DNA from: Octopus bimaculoides
Taxonomy: Eukaryota
DNA length: 64,000 bases
NCBI RefSeq assembly: GCF_001194135.2
Contig: NC_068989.1
Coordinates: forward strand, 71,605,507 to 71,669,506
Reading direction: 5' to 3'
Below the pieces are notes generated by a model, which was not told the DNA's origin, ran no database searches, and saw only the letters and a list, made by a program, of their open reading frames with translations. Below, piece by piece: positions 50,980-64,000 of the stretch. The translations under genes and the position numbers were made by a program. Position 1 is the stretch's first letter; each line of letters starts with the position of its first letter.

Positions 50980-52966
50980 CATACCTACCATGTATATACA
51001 TAATACCATGCAGGATATATGGATATACATGTCCTACACACACGTATACATACATACATACACCCAATGAATAAAACATTGTAGACTCAATATATGTTTA
51101 CAATCATAATAGAACATTTGTAATCAATTCTAATGGGGATATATTTATGAACGGTCGTCTACTGAGATTTCCGTAATTATCAACAGTAGGAGTCTTTGTT
51201 TGTTGTTCCAAGTCACCTCCGATCCATTATACCTGTAACCAAAGACGTTCTAACCATGGCCATCTTGTTCTATTGTTGCATGTCTAAGACTGCATTGTCC
51301 GATGTATTCCTTTCTTCTTTGTGATGGTAGAGTATTGTTTCAGAGTCTTGGCTCATACTTCTAGCAGGCGGAGCAACAACGTAGATGCTGGATTTCGTGT
51401 ATGAAGCTAATATCTCTGAAAAAATACACAAACGTCAAACGGTTTTACATCCATCTATCTAACTTGGCACCGCCTTAACTTGCTTAAATCTGCGATAGCA
51501 TTAAGCATTTAGGCTAAATAAATTACTGAAATATGTATGTTGCGTCATACTCGACCGGGTATGTGACTAATTTTCATAGAAGATGGAATATAGTCAGTTA
51601 AATCCACTACCATAGTATATACATATATTAATAGATACTTAAAAGAAAGAGCTTCTGCTTTAGTAGCTCAACCGTTAAGAAAAAAACTGTGACGTCTCCC
51701 TTAAACCATTTCTTACTGTCACGCGTACAAGGGTACATTATTCATTAAACAAATGAAGGCTGATTATAATTATTGATTGCCTTTGATCCATAGGTCAACT
51801 CAAACAGGGATGATAGGAGACTAGCCAACTGACCCCAGTCATCCACAGATAAGCTAGTTTAATGAATCCGAAGAAAAATGAAAGGTACAGACGAATTTAC
51901 TGGGATTTGAACTCAGAACATAGAGGTATGAGATTATATACTGTAAATGTATATTTCATACTTCGCAACCCCTGCCAATCGCTTTTCATAAATGCAGAAA
52001 AACGTGAAAATTTAATGTAAGCCAGACGCTACCAATTTATAAAAAAATCTTGGGTCATACAAAATATCAGTTTTATTGGATTCAACTGTTTTACTACAAA
52101 ACATCTTTCTTGTCACTGTTTTAAACGGGACTCATGGAATAAAATCTTAGAACAATTTCATTCATGAATAGAAATAGGAATTAAAGCACTTTGTCATTCA
52201 ACAATTATAGGTTGTTCTTATATTATAAGTATTTATACACGCTACTTTTCACGAGTATATCTGTCTATCTACCTGTCTATGACTAATTATATCGATAATA
52301 TACATACTCACACCTATAATTAATTATATCGATAACACAGGGGAGAAAGCATGTGTGTATGTATGAGGAAAGAAAGACTGGAAAGCAGATACATAAATGT
52401 GAGATTAAAGAATATTTAATTTTTAAAAAATGGTATGGTATGGTATAGCAAATAGATTTGAGAATAGTAGAAATACGGACAGAGAGAAACATGATTAGAT
52501 CGATAAATACATGGAATAAAGTAATATCAATAAAAAAAAGTAAAGAGAGAGATAAGGAAAGGCGAGAAACGGACAGGTGGTTAGATAGATAGACAAATGA
52601 AGAATGATGGACAGAGAAAGATAATTGGATAGATGCACGAAGGAAAAAAGATAGTATATCTAGTTCTCCTTGACATGGTAGGGAAATAATTTCAATCCGT
52701 TAAAAAAAATCCATTGAATGATAGAATATAACCGAAAAAACATACTCATTGAAATAGAAAGAGAAGCATAAAGAGATAGATAGATGTAGGTATGTACGTA
52801 TGGATAATAACACTATCACCCTGTCACCTTCGTTTTTAACTTTTGTGTCAAATCTTCTCTCTCTCTATCTCCCTTGCTCGCTCATTAAAAATGTTCACTG
52901 ATGGCGAACGTGCGTATGATCGTCGTAAAAGGGACGGTAGTGAGTTAATAAAAACAAAATACAAAC

Positions 52967-53155
52967 CTGTAGGTCAGTTGCCGAGGTACAGTCCACAATA
53001 GCTGAACGTCAAAGCTTCTAGTTAGAATTGTCGTTTTCTTTATTTTTATTTTTTGTGCTTTCTGGTTTTTTTTCTTTCTTTATACAAGTACAGTGAAAGT
53101 CAATTATAGGAAATTAACGGTGTAAACCTAAGAAAAGTTCCTGCTACTGAAATCA
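52967..53155 (-). other. Candidate non-coding first exon (alternative 5' end)
   Basis: CpG-retaining non-repeat segment with an Inr-like TTCAGT near 53150 and donor CAG|GTTTGT at 52967 (the same donor hexamer as exon 3). Confidence 0.3.
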
Positions 53156-55589
53156 ATTCCGGTTTTATTTACTCATCACCTAAAATAGAAGAGACAAATC
53201 TACACGCCTATCGACACATGTGACTATAATTGCGTTACGACAGGCACGTGCCGTTAGTAAACACCGAGAGTAAGTAGTAAAAAAAATAATTTGACGACAA
53301 AAATATTTAATAACGTAAATATATATGTATTTATTAATATTTGATTGAAGTAACAGAGTGACTAAAAGGCCGAAAGTTTCGTGCGTCAGCACTTATCAAG
53401 TGACAACGTATAGAACTCGGCCAAATCGTACTAAAGAATATACACACACACACACACTCATGTTTTGAGTTCTGTTTTCCCTGTTTGTACCGCCAAACCT
53501 GTGTGTGTGTGTATATGTATATATATATATATATATATATNNNNNNNNNNNNNNNNNNNNNNNNNNNNNNNNNNNNNNNNNNNNNNNNNNNNNNNNNNNN
53601 NNNNNNNNNNNNNNNNNNNNNNNNNNNNNNNNNNNNNNNNNNNNNNNNNNNNNNNNNNNNNNNNNNNNNNNNNNNNNNNNNNNNNNNNNNNNNNNNNNNN
53701 NNNNNNNNNNNNNNNNNNNNNNNNNNNNNNNNNNNNNNNNNNNNNNNNNNNNNNNNNNNNNNNNNNNNNNNNNNNNNNNNNNNNNNNNNNNNNNNNNNNN
53801 NNNNNNNNNNNNNNNNNNNNNNNNNNNNNNNNNNNNNNNNNNNNNNNNNNNNNNNNNNNNNNNNNNNNNNNNNNNNNNNNNNNNNNNNNNNNNNNNNNNN
53901 NNNNNNNNNNNNNNNNNNNNNNNNNNNNNNNNNNNNNNNNNNNNNNNNNNNNNNNNNNNNNNNNNNNNNNNNNNNNNNNNNNNNNNNNNNNNNNNNNNNN
54001 NNNNNNNNNNNNNNNNNNNNNNNNNNNNNNNNNNNNNNNNNNNNNNNNNNNNNNNNNNNNNNNNNNNNNNNNNNNNNNNNNNNNNNNNNNNNNNNNNNNN
54101 NNNNNNNNNNNNNNNNNNNNNNNNNNNNNNNNNNNNNNNNNNNNNNNNNNNNNNNNNNNNNNNNNNNNNNNNNNNNNNNNNNNNNNNNNNNNNNNNNNNN
54201 NNNNNNNNNNNNNNNNNNNNNNNNNNNNNNNNNNNNNNNNNNNNNNNNNNNNNNNNNNNNNNNNNNNNNNNNNNNNNNNNNNNNNNNNNNNNNNNNNNNN
54301 NNNNNNNNNNNNNNNNNNNNNNNNNNNNNNNNNNNNNNNNNNNNNNNNNNNNNNNNNNNNNNNNNNNNNNNNNNNNNNNNNNNNNNNNNNNNNNNNNNNN
54401 NNNNNNNNNNNNNNNNNNNNNNNNNNNNNNNNNNNNNNNNNNNNNNNNNNNNNNNNNGAGTAAGTAGTAAAAAAAATAATTTGACGACAAAAATATTTAA
54501 TAACGTAAATATATATGTATTTATTAATATTTGATTGAAGTAACAGAGTGACTAAAAGGCCGAAAGTTTCGTGCGTCAGCACTTATCAAGTGACAACGTA
54601 TAGAACTCGGCCAAATCGTACTAAAGAATATACACACACACACACACTTGTACACACAAACATATATATTTACTGGCACTCCGTCGATGAGTGCTCCAGT
54701 CGATCCGATCAACGGAACAGCCGGCAAGTGAAATTAACACGCAAGTGGTTGAGCACTCCACTGACACGAGTACCCTTGACATAACTCTCAGGGAGATTCA
54801 GGGTGACACAGAATGTGACAAGGCCGGACCTTTGAATTACAGGCACAACTCATTTTTGCCAGCTGAGTGGACTGGAGCAACGTGAAATAAAGTGTCTTGC
54901 TCAAGGACACAACGCGTCAGCGGGAACTGAACTCACGATCTTACAATCGTGAGCTGAATATCTTTATCACCAACCACACGCTTTCATTACATACATACAT
55001 GATGACTGCAATCTCGTGTTTGAGTATTGCCATCGCCTGATCGAAAGTCCCACACATGCGAAGGCTATGACCAGCCCTTTTTGTGATAGGTCTTACTTTA
55101 TTTTTCAAGCGATGCCTGTGCATGAAGATTTTTTATAGTAGGGAAAGGATTTGCGCAAATCCAGCTCCATTCTCTGAACATGGACAACATAAACTCGAAA
55201 AGAAGAACTAGTCTACATCATTGAATATTGTCAGTGTCGCAGCTTCTCTCTCAGAGTTTCCCTCACCTAGAGAGATGTGACAACAGAGGGGGCTTCCCAC
55301 TCCCAGTAGGCCAACCGCGCGCCTGGACACCAACCCAAATATTTCCACGTCCCCACGTATACATAAATACGTGCATACATACACATTTACACATATTCTT
55401 CGATCGCCGTTGACTGCTCACGAGCTCTTCCGCCTTTTGATAAGTCTTATTTTCTCTCCTGCAGTATGTCCAACAGTCACCCTCCTCGCCAAGCAAGCTT
55501 GGTGGGGTTGCCAGTTTAGTCGCCGACGACCCAGCCATGCAACAGGTTGTACTGGGTTACCTGTTACCGGTAGCGCCCAAGAGCGACCT

Positions 55590-55850
55590 GACTATACATA
55601 CATACAGACTATGAATTCATATTCATACCAATAATAATTGGAGCACTAGGTTTTGTTAGTAAATGCTTAAAGGAGAATCTGGATAAACTGGGATTTTCAG
55701 AACGAGAAATCGCCTGGCTAATTCGTACATTACAAATGTAATCTGTGAGTGGAAGAGTAAAAATATGCAAGACTTTTCTCAAGTTCCAAATGTGAATTAC
55801 TGTCCATCTTGAATAGATGGATAACAAACACTTCAGGTAGTCTGAAAACA
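55590..55850 (+). mobile_element. Second, diverged R4-like LINE C-terminal fragment
   Basis: FIFIPIIIGALGFVSKCLKENLDKLGFSEREIAWLIRTLQ aligns to the C-terminus of the 57-58 kb element. Confidence 0.65.
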
Positions 55851-56419
55851 TAGTCATTGTTAGTTAGTATTAGTGGATGTCAAATCTAAAATCTCACCCA
55901 TTAGGCAGCCTCATTACTGGAAGTGTTTTGGTCTGCTTAATATCGTTTGACTTCATTCTAGTCTGCTTTCATTAAGCTTCTCAACAGCCTTGTCCTCGGT
56001 AACATATACAATTGCTTTGACAAGGTTGCAGTGCTCAATACTTCATGTTGATGTGCATCTTCAGAAACTTTCACAACAGTTTAAGTGACCAAAGAGTAAA
56101 GATATATTATATCAGTCCACTGCAGGGCATACTCTTTTTCGTGCCAGAAGGTTTGTTTTCGTACCTCTGGCTCGTTCATTTGACACTAACCAAGTGTTCT
56201 GTTAGTCTTAACATCCCTTTTTACCAGCTGAATGGACTAGAGCAACAACGTGAAAAACAAATTACTTGCTCAAGGAAACAATGCTCTAACCTTACGAACC
56301 GGGAATCGAACACACAACCTTATGATCAAGAGCCCAGTTGACAACCTAATAGATACATGTCTTCTGTGTAGGACTATATCAAATATTTATTGCAAGCTCC
56401 TCTCCTCAAACATTTACGG

Positions 56420-57110
56420 ATGTCTTACCCGCAATCTCTGATTTAAATCTGTGGTGAAGATTATTGTCGATACGAATTTTTTTGAATAAAACCAGTAGGA
56501 TATTTTCGATCTTGAGTGAGGGGTGAGGTTGAAATAATATTTCCATATAGACCATAGAAATATTCATGATTTCTAAGAGCTCTGAGTTTTCATCTTTATC
56601 AGATAGCTCATTTAAAATGGTTTTCTTAACATCACATCTAACATGTTCTTATAGCACCAGATCAGCGCGTGGGAGTGAGAGTTCGCTTTTCTACTTTTTA
56701 ATAGTGTTTATCCAAATACAAAGTCCACTGAAAATTCTTCTGTTTTTTAACAAGAGGAGTTTCTTGTGCTTTTTATGGAATTCCCGGAACAATAACGATA
56801 TGCCAGTCCTCGAGCTTTTGATATCGAGAAACTGTATGGTAGATTTCATTCCATTTTGCGTTACAGGTGAATGTAATAAAGGATCCGGATGGTCAAGCAT
56901 TCTATCATAAGTTATCGCATCTTGAGTTTGTTCATGCATGTAACGAGGTTCTCCTGTGGAATTTGCTGCCAGTGTGGTTGACTGGTCAATATTTCATGGA
57001 TCACAGTTAAATTCGATGGCATCTCTAAAGTGATTATAATCGCTTGCACAAGCGATGTGACGTCGTTTTGTACAAAAAAGTGGATATTTGGCACAAATTT
57101 CTAGTATTCA
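56420..57110 (-). mobile_element. Helitron Rep N-terminal fragment
   Basis: DYNHFRDAI...TGEPRYMHEQTQDA...PD..FITFTCNAKWNEI, typical Helitron Rep motifs, frameshifted. Confidence 0.8.
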
Positions 57111-57139
57111 CAAGTCTTATGATGCCTTTTATCTGACGA

Positions 57140-58735
57140 GAAATGTTACAGGTATCGACGGGAAGGTGAAAACATATTTTACAATGGCACCCGTAACAAA
57201 ACACGTGCCACTAAAGAATATTACAGCCGAATAAAGAAAATCTGGACCTCAGAACTCTCTGCATTCAATAAAACAGTGGCCCACAATGTGTTTGCAAGTG
57301 CCAGTACTCATACCAACATTTGGGCTGCTTGATTGGACGCTTGATGTGATCTGAGCTATTGATGTGAAAATCCGAAAAATACTAACAAGCACACATAATT
57401 TCCACATAAACAATGACGTTGACCGCCTCCACCTAAAACGAAAACAAGGCGTCAGAGGCTTAACATCGATCCAAAATGCCTTTGATTGTCGTATCATATC
57501 CCTTCGGTAACATCTTTTAACCACCAAGTGTCGAAGTGCATCCCTTGACCAAGTTTGCGTACACGAGGCTGATAACATAAGACTTGGAAGGCAGCTCCTT
57601 GAGCAACACACTTTGTCTGATAACCTAGAATATATGACCAAAGACGTTGCACGACTCTTCCGCAGCGTATTATCAAATGAAAGGATAAACTTATATGAGC
57701 AGAAGATTATGTATGGATATGTTAGTAGAAAACTGCGTGATGATAGTAACATCGATCATCAAAGCAGTTTAGCACGGACCTATAGCCGGATTACTATCTC
57801 CCACTTTGAAGGGTATGCGTTTCCAATCCAAGAACAGGAAATGTCAACCAAGTACCTGATGCACAAAAGGGATAGAGATGCAGAAAAAGCAGTAAAATGT
57901 GACAATCGATGCAGACTTTGTGGAGTTCATACTGAAGATATCACTTACATCATAAGCAGTTGTCCAAAAATGTCATTACGGTATTACCTACCGATGAGAC
58001 CTGACGTTGTAGCTAGGACACTTTGTAATGAAACCTGTCGGAAGGATAATCCCGAGGACAAAGAAATAAGAACCCACAATACGGTAGAAGCCATAGCCAC
58101 TCATAATAAAAAGGAATACTGGTGGAATGTACCAGTGAAGACCTTAATAAAATGTAAGCACAACAGATCTGATATAATGATTTGGGATTGAGAAGAGAAC
58201 CTGTGCACAGTTGTGGAAACTAGCTGCCCAGTGGATGTTAATATAAAGCTGAAGCTCAGTGAAAAAGAGAACGCCTATGCTGAACTATTGAGAAATCTGC
58301 AGTTACTCTATCGATATTACAAGTTCGGGTTTATACCTGTAATTATTGGAGCAATGGGACATGTAACACACTACCTAAATACCAATCTTGAGAAATTAGG
58401 CTTCTCAAAACCAGAAAGGAGAAAGCTAATTCGAAGACTACAGATCCAATCCATCACCGGAACTAAAAATCTGTAAAATCTTTCAGAAGTTTATCATTTA
58501 AATATATATGAGCATGAACTATATGCATGAGAATATATACATAAAACATACAAAACTGCACATACATACATACATACATACATACGTACGTACGCACATC
58601 CATGCAAACAAAAATACCCTGTTGTTGATGGTGAAATTTCAATGAAGGAACCTTGGATCAAGGTTAGAAACCGGCTCTTTGTCTGTTGGCAAGAAATCTT
58701 GAAATAAACTGAATAATTGCATACATACATACATA
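57140..58735 (+). mobile_element. 5'-truncated R4/Dong-like non-LTR retrotransposon (RT thumb, CCHC knuckle, restriction-like endonuclease)
   Basis: DVDRLHLKRKQGVRGL; CRLC...ITYIISSC; KHNRSDIMIWD...E...D...K..Y..L; IPVIIGAMG. 3' UTR ends AATAAA then (CATA)n. Confidence 0.85.
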
Positions 58736-58999
58736 CACACATATACAGTTTAATAACAATACAAACATTTATATCTACGATGTTGTAATTATGTATATAT
58801 ACAGCTTTTATGTTTGTTTAAATACAGCTTTTATGTTTGTTTAAATACAGCTGTAAGTACAAGGTACAAGTCAGTTACTTTTTTTTATTCTTCTAGATCT
58901 ATATAACTATAAATATATGAGTGGCTGAAGCCACTAAAAGAATAATAAAAGAATATGTGTGTATGTGTGTGTGTGTATGTATGTATGTATGTATGTATG

Positions 59000-59038
<39 letters not shown>

Positions 59039-59570
59039 GTAGGATCCTTTTTAAAACGGGGGCCACATTTTTCATTAACGAAACACTTTGAAACTTGGAA
59101 CACTGATAGAATGTGTCATATAAAACATCTTTTTCTCTTAGTCTTCTTAAAAAAAAAGAAATCCCTCAGTTATTCCATGTTAAAGTTGTCGTATTTCTGT
59201 AATTTCAACCAATCACTGACGTCCATTCAGCCGATATACATTAAGTGCCGACTACATAAACAAACGATTCTGAAACAATTCTATCGGTGATAGGGTTAGG
59301 GTTAGGGTAAAACAGCAAATTTAAAAAAAAGATCCCACATGTATATTTATATAATGCATACATACAATATATGCATGTGTATTTTTATGTATATATATAT
59401 ATGTGTATATATATAAGTCTATCTGTACATTTAATAATACACAGACACACACACACACACATATGCATACATACGTACATACATACAGACAGACATAATA
59501 CATACATACATACATACATGCATACATACAATCATACATACATACATACATGCACGCGTGCACGTACACA

Positions 59571-62050
59571 CTAGTAGCATTACCCGGTGTCGTCTGTATG
59601 TATGAAAAGTGTAAGGACAATTACATAGCCAATCCTTAAAAATTTGACTGCACAAAATTTCAGATGCTTCAGTGACCTGCAACTCAGAATATATATCCGA
59701 ACGTACGTACGTACCTACGTACATACATACATACAGAAGGAATATTTGTTGAGCATTAACATCAAAACTTCCATAAGTGCAAACATAACAGACCTGACAT
59801 AGTTATTTGAGATAAGAAAAAAGAAACTATTTATGGTCATAGAGGTTAAATGCCTGGCAGATGTAAACATCTCTTCCAAAATCAATGGGGCAAAGAATGT
59901 CTACGAATAACTGCTTTGGAAGTTGCAACTACTCTACTGCGAAGCTCCCGGCAAGATTGAAGAGTTTGGGGTATTTATGTGTGGATGGAAAAAAGAACGT
60001 ATTGGAAGCAGAACATTACTGAATGTATTGGGGCTTACATTTATATTGAAAGGTGGATTGAACCAAATCGCATTTCTCCTCTAGATGCTGATGATGTATG
60101 TGGTAGCGTTCGTCGAATTCTAGTTTCTCGCTAGAGCTACTTCTAGTTAGTACGTCATTATAATAGGTAACAGTCTGTCGAAGGATAGATTCGAAACTCT
60201 TCTACTTATATTATCTACGAAGTTCTTGATTACAACGCGGTAGTGACAGCAGTATGTATACGGCTTTCTTGCTTGGAATTCTTTGGAGTTGATGCCTACT
60301 TGTAGCCAAATCTAGAGCAACGCCATAAAGAGTTGAACACTTAGACTGGTACTTACAGTGATTTTCAAATGGTATCCTTTAAATCTACTATTAGGTCTTT
60401 TCTGAATCTATTCTCAGTGTGGCGTTTTCCGAGGGTGTCAAGGATAGAATCTACCTCAACGTGTATGTGTTTGTGTATCTTTATATGCGTGTGTGCGCGC
60501 ACACACACACACACACATACATATACATACATAAACACATACATGCATGCATACATGTCGCATTTTTTATCACTCAGACAACATCTGCTGAACAGTAAAG
60601 AAAGAAATGAGTACATTCCATGCACACTCAAAAGTGAGAGCAACGACATCTTTAGAGTTGGAGAAGAACTACTGTGCATGTACTCTGAGTAGAAAATTGT
60701 CTCTTGCAACCCAAAGGAGAAGCAGGCATCATACCATCAAAGAGCAATGCATGGTACATATCCAGTAAGCTAGAGGACACCAACAGCATTGACAGGAAGA
60801 GTAGTCTCTCCTGGACCTGCGATAGATACATTACATCCCAACTAGAAGGATAAGCCTTCACCATCCATGAACAGGCGACAGCTACTAAATAACTGATTAA
60901 CAAGAGAGACAAAGATATCACCAAACCTCAACGTAGTGATAGAAAATGTCGACTCTTTCTCCAGTTTGTGTTCGTTATCAGCTATATACTTCGTCATTTC
61001 CTCGATGGCATAGTTGATTTCTTGCAGGTACTCAATTGCGAGATTGTTTGCTGCCTGCTCCGGTTGAGGCAGACCAAATGTGGCAATGCCTTGACCTCTC
61101 ATAGCTCACACTCGGGTGTCTACATCAAGTAATGCCTCATTGTAAATGGCGTTATTGAATGTGGCAATTTCCTCTGAGGTTTGCCTTTGAATCCTTTGTA
61201 GGATGTCCTCTGCCATGCTGGTTTTGTGGGTCACCCAATGCTTGAGAGGTTCATCGAAGCCACATGTCATCAACATGATAGAAAATAGCTAGCGCATTTG
61301 ACTCGGTGCTCTGCTGACTGCTGGCTCTTCCAATGTCTGGTCCTAGTGAGTATCGTCCTCCAGTAGTCCATGTTTGGCGCAGGCTTCTCTGTAGGTCGTG
61401 CAGACTTCCCCATTGTGTCTTCGATGGTCTGACTGTGCAGCAGTAAACGCAGAAAAAAGCACTCCTGCTGATTAGAGTGCACAGTGTACACCCGCCCGAT
61501 GGCCCTACTTCTGAAGACATGTTTTTCCCAGCCCTCACTGCGTGCTCCTTGCTTGCGAACAACTTGTGCCCAGGTATAGTACACGAGAACCTCAACATAC
61601 AACAGTGTTAGGGCAAACAGATCACTTTGGTATAATTTGAAGAAAGCTGTCAAAGTGATTTATAGTGGATTCAGAATTACGTTTCGAGCATTGTCTTCTG
61701 CGGAATATACACACTGGCCATTTTCAAGATGTATAGATAGATTGGATGCCGCTCGTGGATTTTGAAGCCTTCGTTAGAGGAAATATACCTGCCCAACTTA
61801 CATTGCTGAATTTCATCTGCCTGCCTGCCCTCCTGTTCAAGTCTAAAATCCGCCATATTTGAGCCCTTATTGATGTATTTACATACATATTTAATACTTT
61901 TTATAGAGTTGCATGACTCAACATTAACATGGGACAGCAATGTTTTAGACAGCAATGGGTTGTAGGACACGATTCACCTGTTGTCAATTTCCATCCTTTG
62001 ACAATTAACTTTGAGCTTGGTAGTGTTTAGGGTGATCAAAGGAAAATGAA
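59571..62050 (-). mobile_element. Helitron relic: C-terminal Rep, helicase and 3' CTAG terminus
   Basis: EIDNR*IVSYNPLLSK...HVNVESCNSIKSIKYVCKYINKGS; GRYISSNE; TAFFKL..D.FA.TLLY; IGRVYTVH...FFLRLLLH; decayed helicase motifs. Ends cgacaccgggtaatgctaCTAG|T at 59571. Confidence 0.85.
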
Positions 62051-62650
62051 TGGGTTATTTTCCTTGGCTGTTAAAGGAAAATATATTGGTTATATATGCA
62101 GAGCCCTTCTAGGGGACGTAACCATCCAATTGCTATTAAACTTCAATGATCCTAGTAACAAACTGGATGTTATTTGAACATGTTTGCAAAGCTTCACGAT
62201 AATTCGTTAACGGGTGTAGACGGCATCTTGACACAAACAGACAGCTTGCGTTTATATATATATATATATATATATNNNNNNNNNNNNNNNNNNNNNNNNN
62301 NNNNNNNNNNNNNNNNNNNNNNNNNNNNNNNNNNNNNNNNNNNNNNNNNNNNNNNNNNNNNNNNNNNNNNNNNNNNNNNNNNNNNNNNNNNNNNNNNNNN
62401 NNNNNNNNNNNNNNNNNNNNNNNNNNNNNNNNNNNNNNNNNNNNNNNNNNNNNNNNNNNNNNNNNNNNNNNNNNNNNNNNNNNNNNNNNNNNNNNNNNNN
62501 NNNNNNNNNNNNNNNNNNNNNNNNNNNNNNNNNNNNNNNNNNNNNNNNNNNNNNNNNNNNNNNNNNNATACAAAAAATAACAACAGACGAGGACAGGTGG
62601 TGTAAATAACAAAAGTATATATTAGTATGACGCTCGGGAATACGGAAAGT

Positions 62651-62685
62651 CTTTGACGTTTCGAGCTACGCTCTTCAACAGAAAG
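62651..62685 (-). ncRNA. Minimal type I hammerhead motif with a core mutation (Penelope-type)
   Basis: CUUU-CUGUUGA-A GAGC GUA GCUC-GAAA-CGUC-AAAG; 4-bp stem I; palindromic ACGU; A6 replaced by U. Confidence 0.6.
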
Positions 62686-63958
62686 AATACGGAGACAAGG
62701 AGAAAAACACGGAGAAAAAAAATTGAATAGTGTTCAGTCAACGGAGATAGATAGATAGATAGATAATAGGTATAGACGGCAACTTGACACAAACAGACAA
62801 CTTGCGTTTATATATGTATAAATTGTATTACATTATATATACACACAAATGGGGCGAGATTTTCATTTTAATAACCATTCTATTTAGTATTCGCAGATGA
62901 AACAGAGATTGGTTAAAAATTATGTCAAACTGCGCATGATGTAAAATATTTGTTATATATAAAAAATCAGATGTAAAATATTTGTTATATTTTAAGCAAC
63001 GGAAACGGTATTCACTTACTGTGTGACTAAATAGCTCAGAATTTCGCCTTTCTGTGTTCCATTTTTTAAAAAATTCTACCCACAACGATCATGTCGTTCG
63101 TCATTCCTAAATTGCTGTTGCATGACTTTAAACTAGATCAAATATGTTCATTATCGTAAACGTTTAATTATCTATCTATTAATTAATTGTCAGTCTAAAA
63201 CTACATAATAATGTATACTCGCTTTTATTTAGGACAGCAGATTTGTTTGATGTTAGGAAGATTTCGGTTGCTGTTTCTAGCAAGTCGAATGATCTGCTAG
63301 AAATAGCAGGCATGGGCAACCTTTTTCGAGAAGCGGGCTTCATGAGATATGTATTATCTGCAGGCGGGCCGCAGGTTCTTCATGACGATGTAGAAGCTCT
63401 CTAGTTTGATTATGGGTGAGCGTGCATGTTTTGTGTGTGTGTGTGTGTGTGTGTGTGTTCTTTTATACTTTTATTCTTTTACTTATTTCAGTCATTAGAC
63501 TGCTGCCATGCTGGAGCACTGCCTTGAAGAATTTTTAGTCGAATGAATCGACCCCCAGTAGTTTTATTTATTTTAAAGCTTAGGACTTATTTTTATCAGT
63601 CTCTATTGCCAAACCGCTAATGTTATGGGGACGCAAATACACCAACACCGGTTGTCAAGCGGTGGTAGGGATTTAGTAGAAAGTGGGTTATATATCTTTA
63701 GATTGTATACCTGACTTTCTACTATAAAATTAAAGAAATAGACGGAACGCTGAACTCAAGACTAAACAACTTAAACAACATTTATTTACTTGGTAAAACA
63801 TACATATCTTTAGTTATACATCTTTAGAGGTGAGAATAACGAGCTGTCGAGTATAAGACCGAAAGATGTAGAGACAGCTTTAAACACACGTCCATGCTCA
63901 ATCGCTGGCCAGCGTGAAAGAGAATGAATTGAGCGGGAAACGCTTGGTTGTTTAATTC

Positions 63959-64000
63959 TACGCATGCGTAAGACTACGCATGCGCAGGCGTTACTACAGG
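63959..64000. promoter_or_regulatory. Housekeeping-type promoter elements: two NRF1/Ewg-like palindromes plus ACTAC motifs
   Basis: TACGCATGCGTA (63959-63970) and TACGCATGCGCA (63975-63986) in CpG-rich sequence. Minus-strand donor candidates at 63804 (|GTATGT) and 63790 (|GTAAAT). Confidence 0.5.

Noticed and set aside
53365-53410. Hammerhead-like UUGAUAA-GUGC UGAC GCAC-GAAA on the minus strand (also at ~54.56 kb)
   Set aside because: Two core substitutions and no convincing stems I/III.
53269-54650. ~185-bp identical duplication flanking the 918-N gap
   Set aside because: Most likely an allelic or overlap artefact; cannot be called a tandem duplication without long reads.
59290-59310. TTAGGG repeats
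   Set aside because: Only ~2.5 units inside a repeat; not telomeric.
7528-62612. Long track ORFs full of X or of YI/CV/ER/SL dipeptide runs
   Set aside because: They span N-gaps or microsatellites; not coding evidence.

Overview
AT-rich eukaryotic genomic scaffold with 14 N-gaps, many microsatellites and SINE/MITE families; it is probably an octopod cephalopod (inferred from the repeat families only). The window is dominated by one minus-strand multi-exon gene, a TBC1D24/skywalker orthologue. Six phase-consistent coding exons (29988->9612, 373 aa) cover the TBC domain and linker. The TLDc exons were not found and are probably left of the window or in a gap. Upstream of the TBC start codon there is a separate 148-aa ORF in its own exon, two small leader exons and candidate first exons/promoters (~53 kb and ~64 kb). 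Introns hold transposon relics: a DD37D (maT) Tc1/mariner, Helitron RepHel pieces, R4/Dong-like RLE LINEs, an RTE LINE, Penelope-like fragments, hAT-, piggyBac- and MULE-like MITEs, and several SINE families. One well-formed and two decayed type I hammerhead ribozyme motifs lie on the gene strand. No rRNA, true tRNA or CRISPR array is supported. Most track ORFs are gap, microsatellite or SINE artefacts. All homology calls come from motif recognition by eye; no database searches were run.
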